A stretch of DNA of 37,149 nucleotides from Chiloscyllium plagiosum (Eukaryota). The notes under the pieces are model-generated. The model made no database searches. It worked only from the letters and a program-made list of their open reading frames with translations, and was not told the DNA's origin. Positions 20,301 to 33,221 of this stretch are shown here, piece by piece. A program made the position numbers and the translations under genes. The stretch lies in contig NC_057754.1 of NCBI RefSeq assembly GCF_004010195.1, positions 7,645,546 through 7,682,694 of the forward strand, given 5' to 3'. How positions within the stretch are numbered: position 1 is the first letter of the stretch; each line of letters opens with the position of its first letter.

Positions 20301-23300
20301 GCACCACATAAATAACTTGGTTGTGCTATGAGGATAAAAAGCTTAAAAGTTTGCAATCCAGGCTTGGCAGGCTTCAATTTCTTTTCACTCTCTGGAGTTC
20401 ATGTCCCACACACATGCGTCTAAGTTACAATGTGAGCATGGTGTTAGTTCCTGAATTCTCAGCAGTCTGTGGTTGCCTTGCGCTCCTGTGTGCAGCCCTA
20501 TTTACATGCAGACGGAGCATGTCTCATTTGGCTATGTTTTTTTGGCAGAGTCTGACCGAGATGCTGATAACCTTGCTTTTACCATGAAAGTTCAGTGGCA
20601 AGTGCCAGTCTCTACTCTGCAAAGGCAGAAGTTTGACATTTTAAATCCATTTGAATAACTTCCGAATAGTTAGAACTCTAAGCCTGTTGGAAAGGGGAGC
20701 CATTTGGGATGGTGCTGATGTCAAATTGGCCTGTGATGAAAGCTTGGCTGATTTAGTGATTAAAACCTGAATTTCAACAAACCCCAAGTAAGTAGTGGCT
20801 GTCGAAATGTGTGGCATGCAAAAATGCTTAGTGTGGTTGCAGGAAGGCTTTTCTTCCTGGCTGGTATGGGAATGGTGCATCTAGAACCAGGGGACACAGC
20901 CGTCAGGATAAGAGATCATTTAGGACTGAGATGAGGAGGAATCACTCACTCAGGATTGGCAACTCGTTGGATTCCTGTGAGCCTCCAGTCTTCTGGGACA
21001 ATTAAGTTCAAGTCATTCCTGGGTGTTTAATGTAATGGACCCAGATACATTGTCCATCCTAGTTTTCCCAACTATATAGTTTGTCAATTTTAATGCATAA
21101 GTACAGAGGTAACTTGAACCTGGGTAGTCAGTCTCCTGAGATATTAACTTCATGGGTTATTCTGATATGGCTAGCGAATTTCTGGTTTGCTTTCATTTAG
21201 TGTGCCAAGAAACTATTTATACTGATATTTCCACCACTACTTGTGTACAGCTATTGCATTTTGCACCCACCTTTTGATATTTTGCATCAGTGACAAATCG
21301 GTTTGGGGGCCAGCTTCCGCCTATATTGAGTTAGTGGGATGTATCTTGCCTTATTCCACTGAAGTTAGTGGACTATCAGATGAATATTCTGCTCCAAGAT
21401 ATAGAAGGGCTCATAGCCTGGTGATATGCTGCAATGAGGTACAGGAAACTGACAGATAAGAGTGGACAGATGGGTGGCAAATACAATTACAGTAGAAGTT
21501 ATAACTTGCCTGATCCATTTTTAAATAAATGGAGTGAAGGGACGGTTTGTTCTCATTGGGTTAAAAGTGATGACTTAAGTAAGTGTGTTGATTCAGAAGC
21601 AATTTGATATTTGTAAAGCAATTTTAGGGGATAAAAGTAGTTATGGGTAGCCTGTTGAAAGGATCACCTCCCTCGCCTGTATGAACTCTCCGACGATAAT
21701 GTAGGAGGTGGGCTGCGATTGAATTCAGTTACAGCTCGGAAGGATTGACTTGGTTCAGAATGAGATAAGCAAATCGCACCTTAATAACAAAAGTGGATAT
21801 TTTGATTTGGAGCTGGAAGTGTGAAAAAATGTTGAAAATAATTGCTTGAATTTTGATTTTTTTTTTTGGGGGGTGTGAAAAGAGGACATTCTGTGGAAAG
21901 CTATCATCCTGCACACATCAGGACAAAAGCGAGAGTACTAAATCTTGGATTATTAACTTAGAATACTCTTTTCTCATGTAGTATAATTTGTTTCCTTCTG
22001 AGCTTTGGAATTCTTGCTGTTCTGTCCTGATACCTGTAAGACAAACAGATTTGACAGTATGTCTCTTTTGGTTTCGTGATAACAATATTTTGCTTTCATT
22101 CACTCCCTGTGAAGGTCGATCTTTGTCTCAGCTTCACCATAATTGTCTTAATTCGGTCTTTTGCTGATAATTTCATTCAGTTTTTGAAATGCAGAAAAAA
22201 TACACTGTTGCTTTTTGTTCTCCCAGATACTTCCCTCTGTGCTGTCTTGTACGTTTTCTCTTTGCCTAAGAAAACATACTAGCAACAAAATTCTGATTTT
22301 TAGTTGGTTACAGATCCCTTTTCTCTGCTGCCCATCCTATCTGTCCATGCAAAACTGTTGCAGTGAAGGGAGAAATTATTTTCACATTTGCTTGTAGAAA
22401 TAATACTACTTATGCTACTTATACCTCATTCATTCTGTTGCTGAGGGGAAGGGAAGTTGGGGAGGGCAGGTCAGAGGTCAAGCAGCTCTGGGGGAATCTG
22501 TGTAATCCGAAATATGGTGGTTCTGTTCACGTCTGTCCACACATTGAAAGGTTGAATAACCCAAGATAAGAGGTCTAATCTTTAGACTTTTTGATTTATG
22601 TTTGAAAAGAGACTTTAAACTCTGGGGCGCTTTCAAAATTAATCTTTTTTTCAGGCTAATCAGTCATTTTCCACTCTGCAACACCCCACCCCCAACAGCT
22701 GCAGCTGGATGGAGTGGATTTTAATCAAATCTCATGAGTACAGACTGCCCACCGGCAGCCTTTCTCTTTGCCATGCGGCAGTGCAGTTGAAGATTTGGTT
22801 CTCTTCATTCCTTCGCCTTTCTCATTTATCAACCACACTGCTAAGAATGCAAATTAGCTAGAAAGGGAATCTTAAGCAACTGCCTCAAACAACCAGTTGC
22901 AATCCATAAAATCAATGTGGTGTGACGGTTTTGGAGAGAGGCTCATTATCATTTACAGATGGGGGTTGAACAGTGAATAGGATACCATTTAAAGCAGCAG
23001 ATGGATCTGTTGAATATGTGACAGAATTCTGAAGTGACAGAGGCAATTTGATATGTGATTGGACACATAATTTTCCTGTCCTGATTCTTAATATTTTTTC
23101 CAAAATTTTCGAAGTGTAATAGGTTTCACTCTCCCTACTCTTTCCAATGTAACAATGCAGATCCCAGTGTTCTACCATATCCCATTTGGTGCTGTTGAAA
23201 TTTAACCTTAGATACTCATTTCTTAAGTGTGCTGGAGCTGGGAAGGAAGTTACGGATAATGAAAAGCACAGAGCAGACTTAAAAGTGCTTTTTGAAAACG

Positions 23301-23894
23301 AGAACAGAGAATTGAACTATGTCCTGGTATTAAGAAAGTCAATTTCATTGAAATCCAGAGATGAGGGCTCATTTGTTGAGCCTGATGGAGACTGAAGTTG
23401 GTTTATTTTCTGGTTCCGAAAGAGAGGGATACAGAGCGAAGGGAAAGTGCTGTTGGGGTAGATCAGCTGCAACCTCTGAATGGAGGAGTTGGTTCAAGGA
23501 GCTGATTGGCTTAATGCTATTTGCTGTACACTACATGAGCACATGGCAGAGTGAGATGTTTTGCCTTGAACAATGCTTGAGATGAATGCAGTTGACTATT
23601 TGAATTGAAGGGTAATGCCAGGCAGTGGGGAATTTACTTGAGTCCTTTCCAGTGCAGAATATTGCTGTTTAACCCATTGTACTCATGCTAGTTATCTGCC
23701 TAGTGATCCATTCAGTCCCATTCTCTCAATTCTTTAAAACCCTGCAGTTTACGTCCTCGAGTGCCCTTCTGATTGAAATCATTGTTTCCACTACCCTTGT
23801 GGGCAGAGTCCTAATTCTCCTTTATCCCATGTCCATTAGTTAATCGCCTTGCAGGATTTACTGCATTCATTCTTGAATGAAGCAATCCATTTTC

Positions 23895-23952
23895 TAATTA
23901 CATTTCAATTAATGTTTCCTTTTTAATTACATTTCAATTAATGTTTCCTTTT
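23895..23952. repeat. Perfect 29-bp tandem duplication
   Basis: TAATTACATTTCAATTAATGTTTCCTTTT twice. Confidence 0.9.
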
Positions 23953-25076
23953 GTACTGCCCTCCCCTCTGCTTCAAGGACTATTTGTAAACGTCTGATGA
24001 TTCACCAACCACTTCAGGATTCATGTTGATGGTCCCAACTTTGATATTGAAGTTAATTTGGCAAATTTGTTTAATAGCTCATCCATGACCTTTATTAAAC
24101 TTGATTTGCTGCACTTTAGTGCCAGTTTACTCATTGCAGCTGTAAAGTTTAGCTACAACTTGCCTTTTAATCATGTCTAGCATCTGCAGTTTCTTGGTTT
24201 TTGCCTTCAATCATATTTTTTAACCATTTTTGTTCTGCTGTTCTCCATCCACAGTGGCTGTTATCTATTGTGACTTTATCCCTTTTGCAGTAGTATTTTT
24301 GGTCAAAGACCTGGCACACTACTCAAGGACATGTGGGTTGTGGCCAGACGTTTGGCTTTCCCATGGCATTCTGAGTTGCAGTCACCAGTTAGAGGTAATC
24401 GTCATTTGGAATTCCATTTGTAACTGTGAAGAGACCCTTATCTTGTCCCTTTTTAAATCTCAAATTGTGCTAAAATGCCCATTTCATGCTTGGTCCTCTC
24501 CTCTTTCTCTTCCCCCCCCCCCCCCATGAACTGCAGTTTGATTTTGGATTTGAGTGGAAGTGACATCCCTCCCGTGAAAGGATGGAGAAGAGGGAATTAA
24601 AAGAATTGACGCAAGCAAATATGACATTGAGAATTTTTTTGTGTTGGTTAGGACATGGAAGGCACTACCTGAGTCTGTGTTGGGGGGGCGGGTTCAGTCA
24701 ATGCCGTAGAAGTGGAATTAGGCTACTGTCTGAAAAGAGCATTCGCACAGATATGGGAAGAATAGCACTAAATGAAGTTCTTACTGGGAGAGCTGGTAAA
24801 GGCTTGATGGGCCTTATGGCCTCCTGCACTCTTAACAATTCTGTGACTCTTGCTTTGACTGCAGCTACATCTGTATTGTCATATAAGCAACAAGTGAAGA
24901 TGGCCATCAAAATAGGCCATTGTCCTTGTTTCACTTTCAGGTTATATACAATATTTGAGGCAATATCTGATTGGTGTATGGGGTTGCTACTTGTGGCCTG
25001 GTTGGTTTTCTGTCACCAAAGCACCATGGAGGTGTGTTGTGCTGCTTTCTGACTTCCTCCTTTTTCTTTTCTACAG

Positions 25077-25116
25077 GGATCTTTGGCAACTGATCTCAAG
25101 TCCAGGAAGGCCCACA
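25077..25116 (+). other. 40-nt internal exon candidate
   Basis: Branch point CTGAC (25049-25053), pyrimidine tract TTCCTCCTTTTTCTTTTCTACAG, donor GTAAGT (25117-25122). Confidence 0.6.
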
Positions 25117-25161
25117 GTAAGTAGCTGTTTCAACGTAGATCTACTTTTGTTTATACACTAA

Positions 25162-25493
25162 TTCACAGGGATGAGGGGATTGCTGGCTAGGCCAGCAATT
25201 ATTAGCAATGTCGAGACAGCAAGTTAAGAATCAATCACTTTGCTGAGGATCTGGAGTCACGTGTAGGCCAGACCAGGTAAGGATCTTTCCCTAAAGGACA
25301 TTAGTGAACTAGATGGCTTTTTCCCAACAATTAACAATGGTTTCATGGTCATCATTAGATTCATAATTCCAGATTTTCATTGAATTCAAATTCCACCATC
25401 TGCAGTGGCAGGATTTGAACCGAAGTCCCCAGAACATTACCCAGGTCTCTGGAGTAACAATCCAGCAATAATGCCACTAGGCCATCACCTCCC
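25162..25493 (-). mobile_element. Second tRNA-like SINE family (non-HE1), near full length
   Basis: Minus-strand head GGGAGGTGATGGCCTAGTGG..GGTTCAAATCC (A/B boxes). Related copies at ~1590-1667, 6860-7020, 26200-26480, 26560-27190 and 27560-27735. Confidence 0.65.
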
Positions 25494-25699
25494 TGCCTTT
25501 AATTCAGCCTTTAAGTACTTCAGAGACCATAAGTTGGATACAGGCTTGCTCTTTAAGTCATGGTAGTTTCCACTTACAGTAATTGCTTTCATAAAAGGTC
25601 AGTCACCAGTGCTAGGCCAGCAATTATTTCTTATCCTGAGGTATATTTGAGGCTGGGGTTGGTGAGCTGTTGCTGCAGCCCATGGATACACCCACAGCA

Positions 25700-26100
25700 A
25701 TATTTGGGACAAGTTTTACCAGGATGTTGCCTGGTATGGGGGATTTTGGCGAAAGTTTGGAAAAACTGGGTTTGTTTTTGCTGCAGCCTATGAGAGTCTA
25801 TAAAATTGTGAATGATGTGGATCGAGTGCAAAGGGGGTTTTTTCCATGGTGAAGGGGTTGATTACTAGGGGATACAGGTTCATGGTGTGAGGAGGGGGGA
25901 GTTTGAGATGTGCAAGATGTGAAACATGCTACCAGAAGAGTTGGAGGAAGCTGACAGCAGCATTCAAGAAGCACCTGGATGATTAAAAGGCAATAGTGGG
26001 ATACGGATCCTGTCAGTGAAGAGAGTTTTAGTATGGAAGGGCAAAATGTGTTGGCGCAGGCTTGGAGGGCGAAAGGGCTCTGTTGCTGTTCTGTATTCTT
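25700..26100 (+). mobile_element. CR1 3' end
   Basis: FTRMLPGMGDF.E.LEKLGLF peptide and CR1 tail. Confidence 0.75.
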
Positions 26101-26777
26101 TGTTCTAGCTCTAGCTCTAGAATTATGACCCAGTGAATGATGACCATATAAATCCAAGCTTAGTGCTGTTTGTCTTTGCCTTTTTTTTTGCCATTATTGT
26201 TTAACAAGGTGTAGGTATTATCAAAGCTGATGTTTGTTGCCCATACCTACTTGTGTCTGAACCAAGTGGCTTGCTTGGCTATTTTAGAAGGAAGTTGAGA
26301 CTCAAACATTGTGTGTCTAGAGTCTCATACCAGGACAAGATGGCAGATTGCCATCCCTAAAGTGACCCAGTGTGACAACTGTCATGGTCAACATCACTGA
26401 GACTAGCTTTCAATCCCAGGTTTGGGTTCAGGTTCCACCAGCAGCAGTGGTGGGATTTGTACCCATGTCTAGTTGAGTGACAATAATCTTTTATATTTTG
26501 CCTGTTTGCTAAAGTTAATGAAGCTGCATGCTGTATATATCGATAGACATCAGGAATGGATGGTGGCATGATGGTAATGCCTCTGGGTTAATAGAGCAGT
26601 GGTGTTACCATCATGCTACCAGTTAATGTTCTGTGGATCTAAGTTTAAAACCAACCACCGTGCTGGTGGCATTTTAAATTAATAAAGCATGCACTCGTCT
26701 CAGTCATCACAAAACTATTCTCAATTGTTTAGTTTTAAATTTCTGGTTCACTAATATACTTCAGGGAAGGAAATCGT

Positions 26778-27043
26778 ACAATCCCTACAGTGTGGAAGCA
26801 GCCATTTGGCCCACCGATTCCACACCTTCCCTCCAAAAAGGATCCCACTCAGACCTGCATCCACCCTGGCTAATCCACCTGACCTGTACATCCTGGACAA
26901 AATGTGGCAATTTTAATATGGCCAATCCGCCCTAACATGCGCATCTGGACTGTGGGTGGAAATCCACAGTCATTTCACGCTCTCAACCTGGGTCCCTGGG
27001 GCTTTAAGGCAGCAATGCTAACCACTGAGCCACCGTGCCTTCC
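26778..27043 (-). mobile_element. HE1-like SINE nested in a second-family SINE
   Basis: GCAATGCTAACCACTGAGCCACCGTG end; host SINE continues on both sides. Confidence 0.75.
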
Positions 27044-28639
27044 CATACAATCTACTACCCTTATACACTCTGGCCTACGCGGGACTCCAGTCTTGCAGCA
27101 AAGTGGTTGACCTTGAAATGGCTGGCCGAGTCCATCAATTTTCTCACGTTCCGGCCTTATCAGCGACACCCACATCCCGTGACATTTTTTTAAACATGGA
27201 CAGACGTGGAGTCAGTCGCAAGTATTCCCGTCCTGCCTAATCCCAGTTTAAGTATGCAATAGGAGCTGCAATCAAGCCTGCTCCACACTCAGTAAGATCA
27301 TTGCTGATCTGCTTACTCCATGTTTGGGGAAAACTTCTCCTCATTTGTATTATGTGGGTGATGTCTTATTTCAAAATAACTTTAGATCTCCCAAAAATGG
27401 ATATATCCTCTTTCATTTACCCTGTCAAAGACCTCTCAGGATCCATATTTCGATCAATATTCCATGTTTTTTTAAAAAAAAAACATCATTCACCTGAGTG
27501 AAACAGGGCTCAGCATTTGTGACCAGAAGATAAACTATGTTGCTTTGGTCTAGTGTCATGAGGACCAAATCAGGTAAGCATAATAGCTTCCTTCCCTAAA
27601 AGACATTAGTGAACCTGATGGGTTTTTCCAACAAGAGTCACCAATGGATTCTTGATCATCAGAAATCTCCTTTTCAGATTTTTATTGAATTCAGATTCCA
27701 CCATCTGCCATGGCTGGATTTGAACCTGGGTCCCAGTAGATACAAGCCAAGCCTGTCCAACCTCTCCTCATGAGATGACTGACTATTCCAGTCAGATTAC
27801 TAAAATTGTTTAGTTAATATCTTCCCTGCATGGTGTTGCTAGTTAGCAGTGGGGAATTGGAACTTGGCAGTTTCAAGCCTGCTTAAAGCTACAGTGGTTT
27901 GAGAGCTCCCAGTTACACACCAGTATGCTAAATATCCAGAGCCACTCCAGACCAACCTTGCAACCTCCCACTTCATTTTCAAGCTGCTGCTGGGCTCTTG
28001 AGAGGATCTGTTGTTTCGTGGTGTGTTCTGTACTTTCATGTCAATAAAGATCTGTTGTAACACAATGCTTTTGCGTTTCATTTTTGCTCCTGCTCAAATG
28101 AGGAATGATTGAGGTGGGGCATAGCAGCGGTGATAATCAGAAGGGTACTGCATGGCTGTGAGGAGTGCTTCATATCTTTGTGTGATATATCAAAGGTACA
28201 TGTAAGAGATGGCAGATATTGTGAACTAATGGGTCTTGGAGACATGTCCCTGTTTCCCATTCTCATTCCAACTGTTACCTGCAGCGAGTCATGTTAGTAT
28301 GCTCTTTGTCCCTTTCCCTTTTTTTTTTTGCCTCCCACGGTAAACTTGACGTCAGGAAAGCAATGAAGCCAGTTGATGTATTGCTTTGAGGGTTGAGCAC
28401 TTGTGACAAGGTGACTAGTTCCTGCCTGAGATATGTGATAGACTGTTCAAAGTTAGGTGAAAGTGGGGGCACCAAAACAATGATGTGTGCTGATTTTTTT
28501 TTCAATCTTGGAGGGGAAGGAATCATTAGAGTGAGATGAAACCTGCCTGGATTGAATAATCTGGTCAGTTAACAGCACAGTTCTTTTAAGGTGCTTTCAG
28601 GACAGGCAAGTGACGACTGAGCTGTCTTGTCTAGGCATT

Positions 28640-29090
28640 CAATACATTGTGAGCAGATTTGGGCCCCATATCCAAAGAAGGATGTGCTGGTGTTGGAGGC
28701 GGTGCAGAGGAGGTTTACAGTCCTTCCAGGGATGAAGGGCTTGTCATCTGAATCTGAACTCTAAGGGGTTTAAAAGGATGAAGGGGGTATCTCTCGGAAA
28801 CATGCAGAATACTGCGAGACCTGATTAGAGTTGGTGTTCCGCCTGGTAGGAGAGACTAGGACCTGAGGGCCCAACCTCAGTGAAAGGACAACCCCTTAGA
28901 ACTGAAGGTGACTAATTTCTTCAGCTCGATGGTGATGAATCTGTGGAACTCGTTACTAGAGGCTTGTGGAGGCCAAGTGATTGCCTTTTAAGAGAGGGGT
29001 TCTTGATTGGGAAGAGGATCAAGGGTTATCGGGTTGATCAAATGGCAGAGCAGACTATGGGCTGAATGGCCCAAATCTGTGTCCTGTGAT
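28640..29090 (+). mobile_element. Old CR1 3' end
   Basis: WAPYPKKDVLVLEAVQRRFT reading at ~28660-28720. Confidence 0.7.
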
Positions 29091-29819
29091 TTTATCTGCT
29101 GGATCACCAGATCCAATCTCATGGTTTGTACTGCACTCCTGCTGAACTCTGCAGTCATTGGATAGCAACCCTTTCTATTGCCCCCCCCACCCTGTGTTCA
29201 TCTGTCAAGTCCACTCTGAATTTATATACTGATTCAAAACCATCCACAAAAGTGCTGGGTCCCATTCCAGTTTATTGCTCCTAACTTTTTGTGGCTTCAT
29301 ATTGTCTTTCCTCTTGACCTGCCCTGTTTGAGGCATGTCTTCGCCATATCTCAGTTGCCTAAGGTTCCTTTCATGGAGCAGTAGGAGTCCATTGGGCCCA
29401 TTGAGTCTTTTCTGCCATTCACTTAGATCATGGCCAACCTATCTGCCAACACCATTGCTGGCAAATGCTGCTTCACCCTGGGTGTCCTTGCCTGACAGTA
29501 ACCTGATTTAAGAGCTTGAAGGTCACAATTGTCTGTGGAATTCTCTTGGAGAATGCTCCAGGTTTCTGTCACCATTGGGGAAGGATGCTTACTGATTTTG
29601 CTCCTAAAAGCCCTGGCTCAAGTCTTTTTAAAACATTTTTTTGAAAAAAAAATCCTCCATTCAGAACAAAACTATGGTTTGTTGCAGCCACTGTATCAGA
29701 GTTCTTCAGTATTTGTAAACTTTGATTTCACGGGGTTGTCACTCTGATCTGAGCATGTCTGTACAGTCTCCTCTGAAGGAGACGATTAGGCGAGAGAGGA
29801 TTCAGAAAAGACTTAGGGG

Positions 29820-30210
29820 CAGAATGTTGCTGGGAATGCGGGTTTGAGTTAAGGATAGGCTGGCACACTTTCCACTGGCGTGTAGGAGGTTGAGAGGTGA
29901 CCTTCCGGAGGTTTATAAAATCATGATGGGTATAGATAAGGTGAGTGGCAAGTCTCTTTCTCTTAGGATAGAGGATTTCACGACTGGGGGCATACTTAAG
30001 GCAAGGGGAGAAAAAGGACATTCTTACACAAGGTGTGGAATGAACTTCGAGGAACTGGTGTGTATGGGTACAATTAAGACATTTTAGATATTTATACAAA
30101 ATAAATGTTTGGAGGGATTTGAGCCAAGTACAGACTAGTGGGGCTAGTTTGGGATTATGGTTTGGCATGGACCTGTTGGACTGAAGGGTCTCTTTCTGTG
30201 CTATCTGCTG
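29820..30210 (+). mobile_element. CR1 3' end
   Basis: LRGDLPEVYKIMMGIDKV peptide. Confidence 0.8.
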
Positions 30211-30285
30211 TTATGGCATTACCAGGGTAATGGCAGTGCAACCTTCCTGTAGTGGTCTTCAACTGAGGCTCCGTTTGATATTTCT

Positions 30286-30595
30286 TGAATCCCTACATTG
30301 TGGAAACAGGCCCTTCAGCCCAATAAGTCCACACCGACCCTCAGAGTCACCTATTCAGAGCCGCTCCCCCACTCTACATTTACCCCTGACTAATACACTT
30401 CACCTACATGTCCCTGAACACTGGGCAATTTCGCATAGCCAATTCCCCTAACTTGCACACTTTTGGACAGTGGGAGGAAACCTGTGCAGGCACTGGGAGA
30501 ATGTACAGACTCTACACAGTCCCCAGAGGCTGGAATCGAACCAGGATTGCTGGTGCTAAGAGGCAGCAATGCTAACCACTGAGCCACCGTGCCAC
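30286..30595 (-). mobile_element. HE1-like SINE
   Basis: Reverse-complement head at ~30560-30595 and CR1-shared tail at ~30290-30340. Confidence 0.85.
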
Positions 30596-30819
30596 CTGAA
30601 GTGGATATAAATCTGTCAGGGGAGTTCTGCTTGTTAAGTAGTTGTCCTTCAAGACCCCACCAAGCCAGATTTACCTGGCTATTTGTGACTTTCATGGGAG
30701 TTGGTGTGCTCAAATTGGCTGATGCAGTTCTTGTATTACAGCAGTGCCTGCACTTAAACAGTGCAACATTGTATGTGAATCTCTTTGGGAAATCCTGAGG
30801 TAGTGCAACGCACAATATA

Positions 30820-31104
30820 GGAAACAGTGAGGTCTGCAGATGCTGGAGATCAGTTGTGTTGCTGGAAACGCAGAGCAGGTCAGGAAGCATCCAAGGAGCA
30901 GGAACTTTTCGGGAAAAGCCCTTCGTTCCTGATGCCTGAAACGTCAATTTTCCTGTTTCAGGTCAGAGCCCTTCATCAGGAATGAGGCTGATGGACGGCT
31001 CATGTCTCTGGGCCATTCCTGATGAAGGGCTACAGCCTGAAACATTAATTTCCTGCTCCTCTGATGCTGCCTGACTTGCTGTGCTCTTCCAGCAACACGC
31101 ACTC
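30820..31104. mobile_element. Complex self-inverted family B insertion with decayed hammerheads on both strands
   Basis: ATTC-CTGATGA-A-GGGC(taca)GCCT-GAAA at 31015-31042 and an inverted copy at ~30955-30983. Flanks AACGCACAATATA (30807-30819) and AATGTGCAATATA (31105-31117) fit a CpG-decayed 13-bp TSD. Confidence 0.7.
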
Positions 31105-31119
31105 AATGTGCAATATAAC

Positions 31120-31510
31120 TGTGCGTCATACAGCACAGAAACATACCCTTCAGTTAAACCAGTTAATGCCAAACATGACCTTAAACTAAACTGGTCCCAC
31201 TTGCCAGCTTCTGGTCCATATCCCTCCACACCTTTCTGATTCACATATCTATCCGAATCTCTCTCGAACTTTGTAATTATACCTCCATCCACCATTTACT
31301 CAGGAAGTTTATTCTGTACATGAACCATTCTCTGTTTAAAAGAAAAGAAATACATGTACCCTTTTTTTTTTTTCAAATCTCTCACCTTAATGTTTCCCCT
31401 AGTCTTGAACTACACCATCTGAGGGAAAAGACAGCTACTATTAACTCTATCTACACCTCTCAACATCCTTGGCTCCTCCTTTCTTTATAACTCAAACCTT
31501 CTATACTTGG
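31120..31510 (-). mobile_element. CR1 3' tail
   Basis: Matches 31880-32220. Confidence 0.75.
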
Positions 31511-31877
31511 TGTTATGACATGGGGTAGACCTAACGTGCACACAAGCTCACCTCGTGCTGTAATCTGTTAAATTTCGAGAGGCAAAGGACTATCCCAGAG
31601 GTCACTATTTAAAGTAAAATTAACAATTTTATTCTTTAAATCCAAAAGAGAACATTAGACAACTAGTTACGACTCCCTTCCCTTAAACCTATCTTTTACC
31701 TCCTGCTCAACAATACTGGTCCGATAAATTCTCTCTTACGTTTACGGCAAATCACTTTCAAACCCAGTTTTTGTCTTTGGATATTGAACTTTCTCTGTAG
31801 ATTGGCTTTGGTCTTCTGCACAAATTTCTGATGGATGGGTACCTTTCAGAGAGCTGTTTGGCTAGTGGTGTGTACTT

Positions 31878-32765
31878 AGAATCATAGAGATGTACAGCAC
31901 GGAAACAGACCCTTCGGTCCAACCCGTCCATGCCGACCAGATATCCCAACCCAATCTCGTCCCACCTGCCAGCACCCGGCCCATATCCCTCCAAACCCTT
32001 CCTATTCATGTACCCATCCAGATGACTCTTAAATGTTGCAATTGTACCAGCCTCCATCACATCCTCTGGCAGCTCATTCCATGTACGTACCACCCTCTGT
32101 GGAAAAAGTTGCCTTATAGGTCTTTTTTATATCTTTCCCCTCTCACCCTAAACCTATGCCCTCTAGTTCTGGACTCCCTAACCTGAGGGAAAAGACTTTG
32201 TCTATTTACCCTATCCATGCCCCTTGTAATTTGACCAACCTCTCTAAGGTCACCCCTCAGCCTCTGACGCTCCAGGGAAAACAGCCCCAGCCTCAGGGGT
32301 AACCTTTTAGATTAGATTACTTACAGTGTGGACACAGGCCCTTCGGCCCAACAAGTCCACACCGCCCCGCCGAAGCGCAACCCACCCATACCCCTACATT
32401 TTACCCCTTACCTAACACTACAGGCAATTTAGCATAGCCGATTCACCTGACCTGCACATCTTTGGACTGTGGGAGGAAACCGGAGCACCCGGAGGAAACC
32501 CACGCAGACGCGGGGAGAACGTGCAAACTCCACACAGTCAGTCGCCTGAGGCGGGAATTGAACCCGGATCTCTGGTGCCGTGGGGCAGCAGTGCTAACCA
32601 CTGTGCCACCGTGCCGCCTGTTCAGCCTCTCCCCAAAACTCAAACTCTCCAACCCTGGCAACATCCTTGCAAATCTTTTCTGAGCCCTTTCAAGCTTCAC
32701 AACATCTTTCCGATAGGAAGGAGACCAGAATTGCACACAATATTCCAACAGTGGCCTAACCAATG
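31878..32765 (-). mobile_element. Young CR1/HER1-type 3' end
   Basis: LVRPLLEYCVQFWSPSYRKDVVKLERAQKRFARMLPGL and WNELPEDVMEAGTIATFK peptides. Confidence 0.9.
32307..32618 (-). mobile_element. Young HE1-type SINE nested in CR1
   Basis: CpGs retained, (CTAAT)n tail, near-identical to 270-583. Confidence 0.92.
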
Positions 32766-33221
32766 TTGATGTTCTTGGCCTTTCTCCCCCGAACTGTTCA
32801 AAATGTCCCCAAAACGTTTGTTCATTTCATTGGTTTGATGTCATCAAAGCATTAAATTCAAATTCAATTGAGTTTTGGTCCCTGGGGCATTATTTAAACT
32901 GGCCAAATTTGAATTTGTTTTCGTACCATGGCAGCGCAGAACCAGCTATTTGTGTTAACTAAATGTTACATTTTTAAATTGTTCAGCATACTTTGCTTTC
33001 AGTCCTTGCCATCTTCCTCTCTCTGAGGTTCAGTATACACCTACGCTTTCATAACACTTGCCACCTTAAGAAAAAAAAATCCTAATGGAAAGATGGCTTC
33101 ATTTTTATCTTATTTCCTTAACCACATTACAATGGCACATCTATGACTTTAATCTAAGTTTGTAATAACTTCTTCCCACATATGTATACTATTGAATAGA
33201 TACCAGTCTCATCGATATCAG

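Larger units (their letters stand above)
31511..33056 (-). mobile_element. Gypsy 3' LTR interrupted by a CR1 plus SINE (31878-32765)
   Basis: Perfect 8-bp inverted termini TGTTATGA (31511) and TCATAACA (33049-33056); minus-strand AATAAA at ~31628-31633; PPT-like AAGGTGGCAAG adjoining on the minus strand. Confidence 0.75.

Noticed and set aside
20733..20770. C/D snoRNA-like boxes GTGATGA..CTGA..GTGATTA..CTGA
   Set aside because: Only ~38 nt, with no room for guide sequences and no convincing terminal stem.
21714..21850. Hairpin plus ATAACA as an H/ACA snoRNA
   Set aside because: No second hairpin or correctly placed ACA box.
13000..28000. MALAT1/NEAT1-type triple helix plus tRNA-like 3' module
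   Set aside because: Looked for because of the mammalian chromosomal neighbourhood; no paired U-rich motifs with an A-rich tract and cloverleaf were seen.
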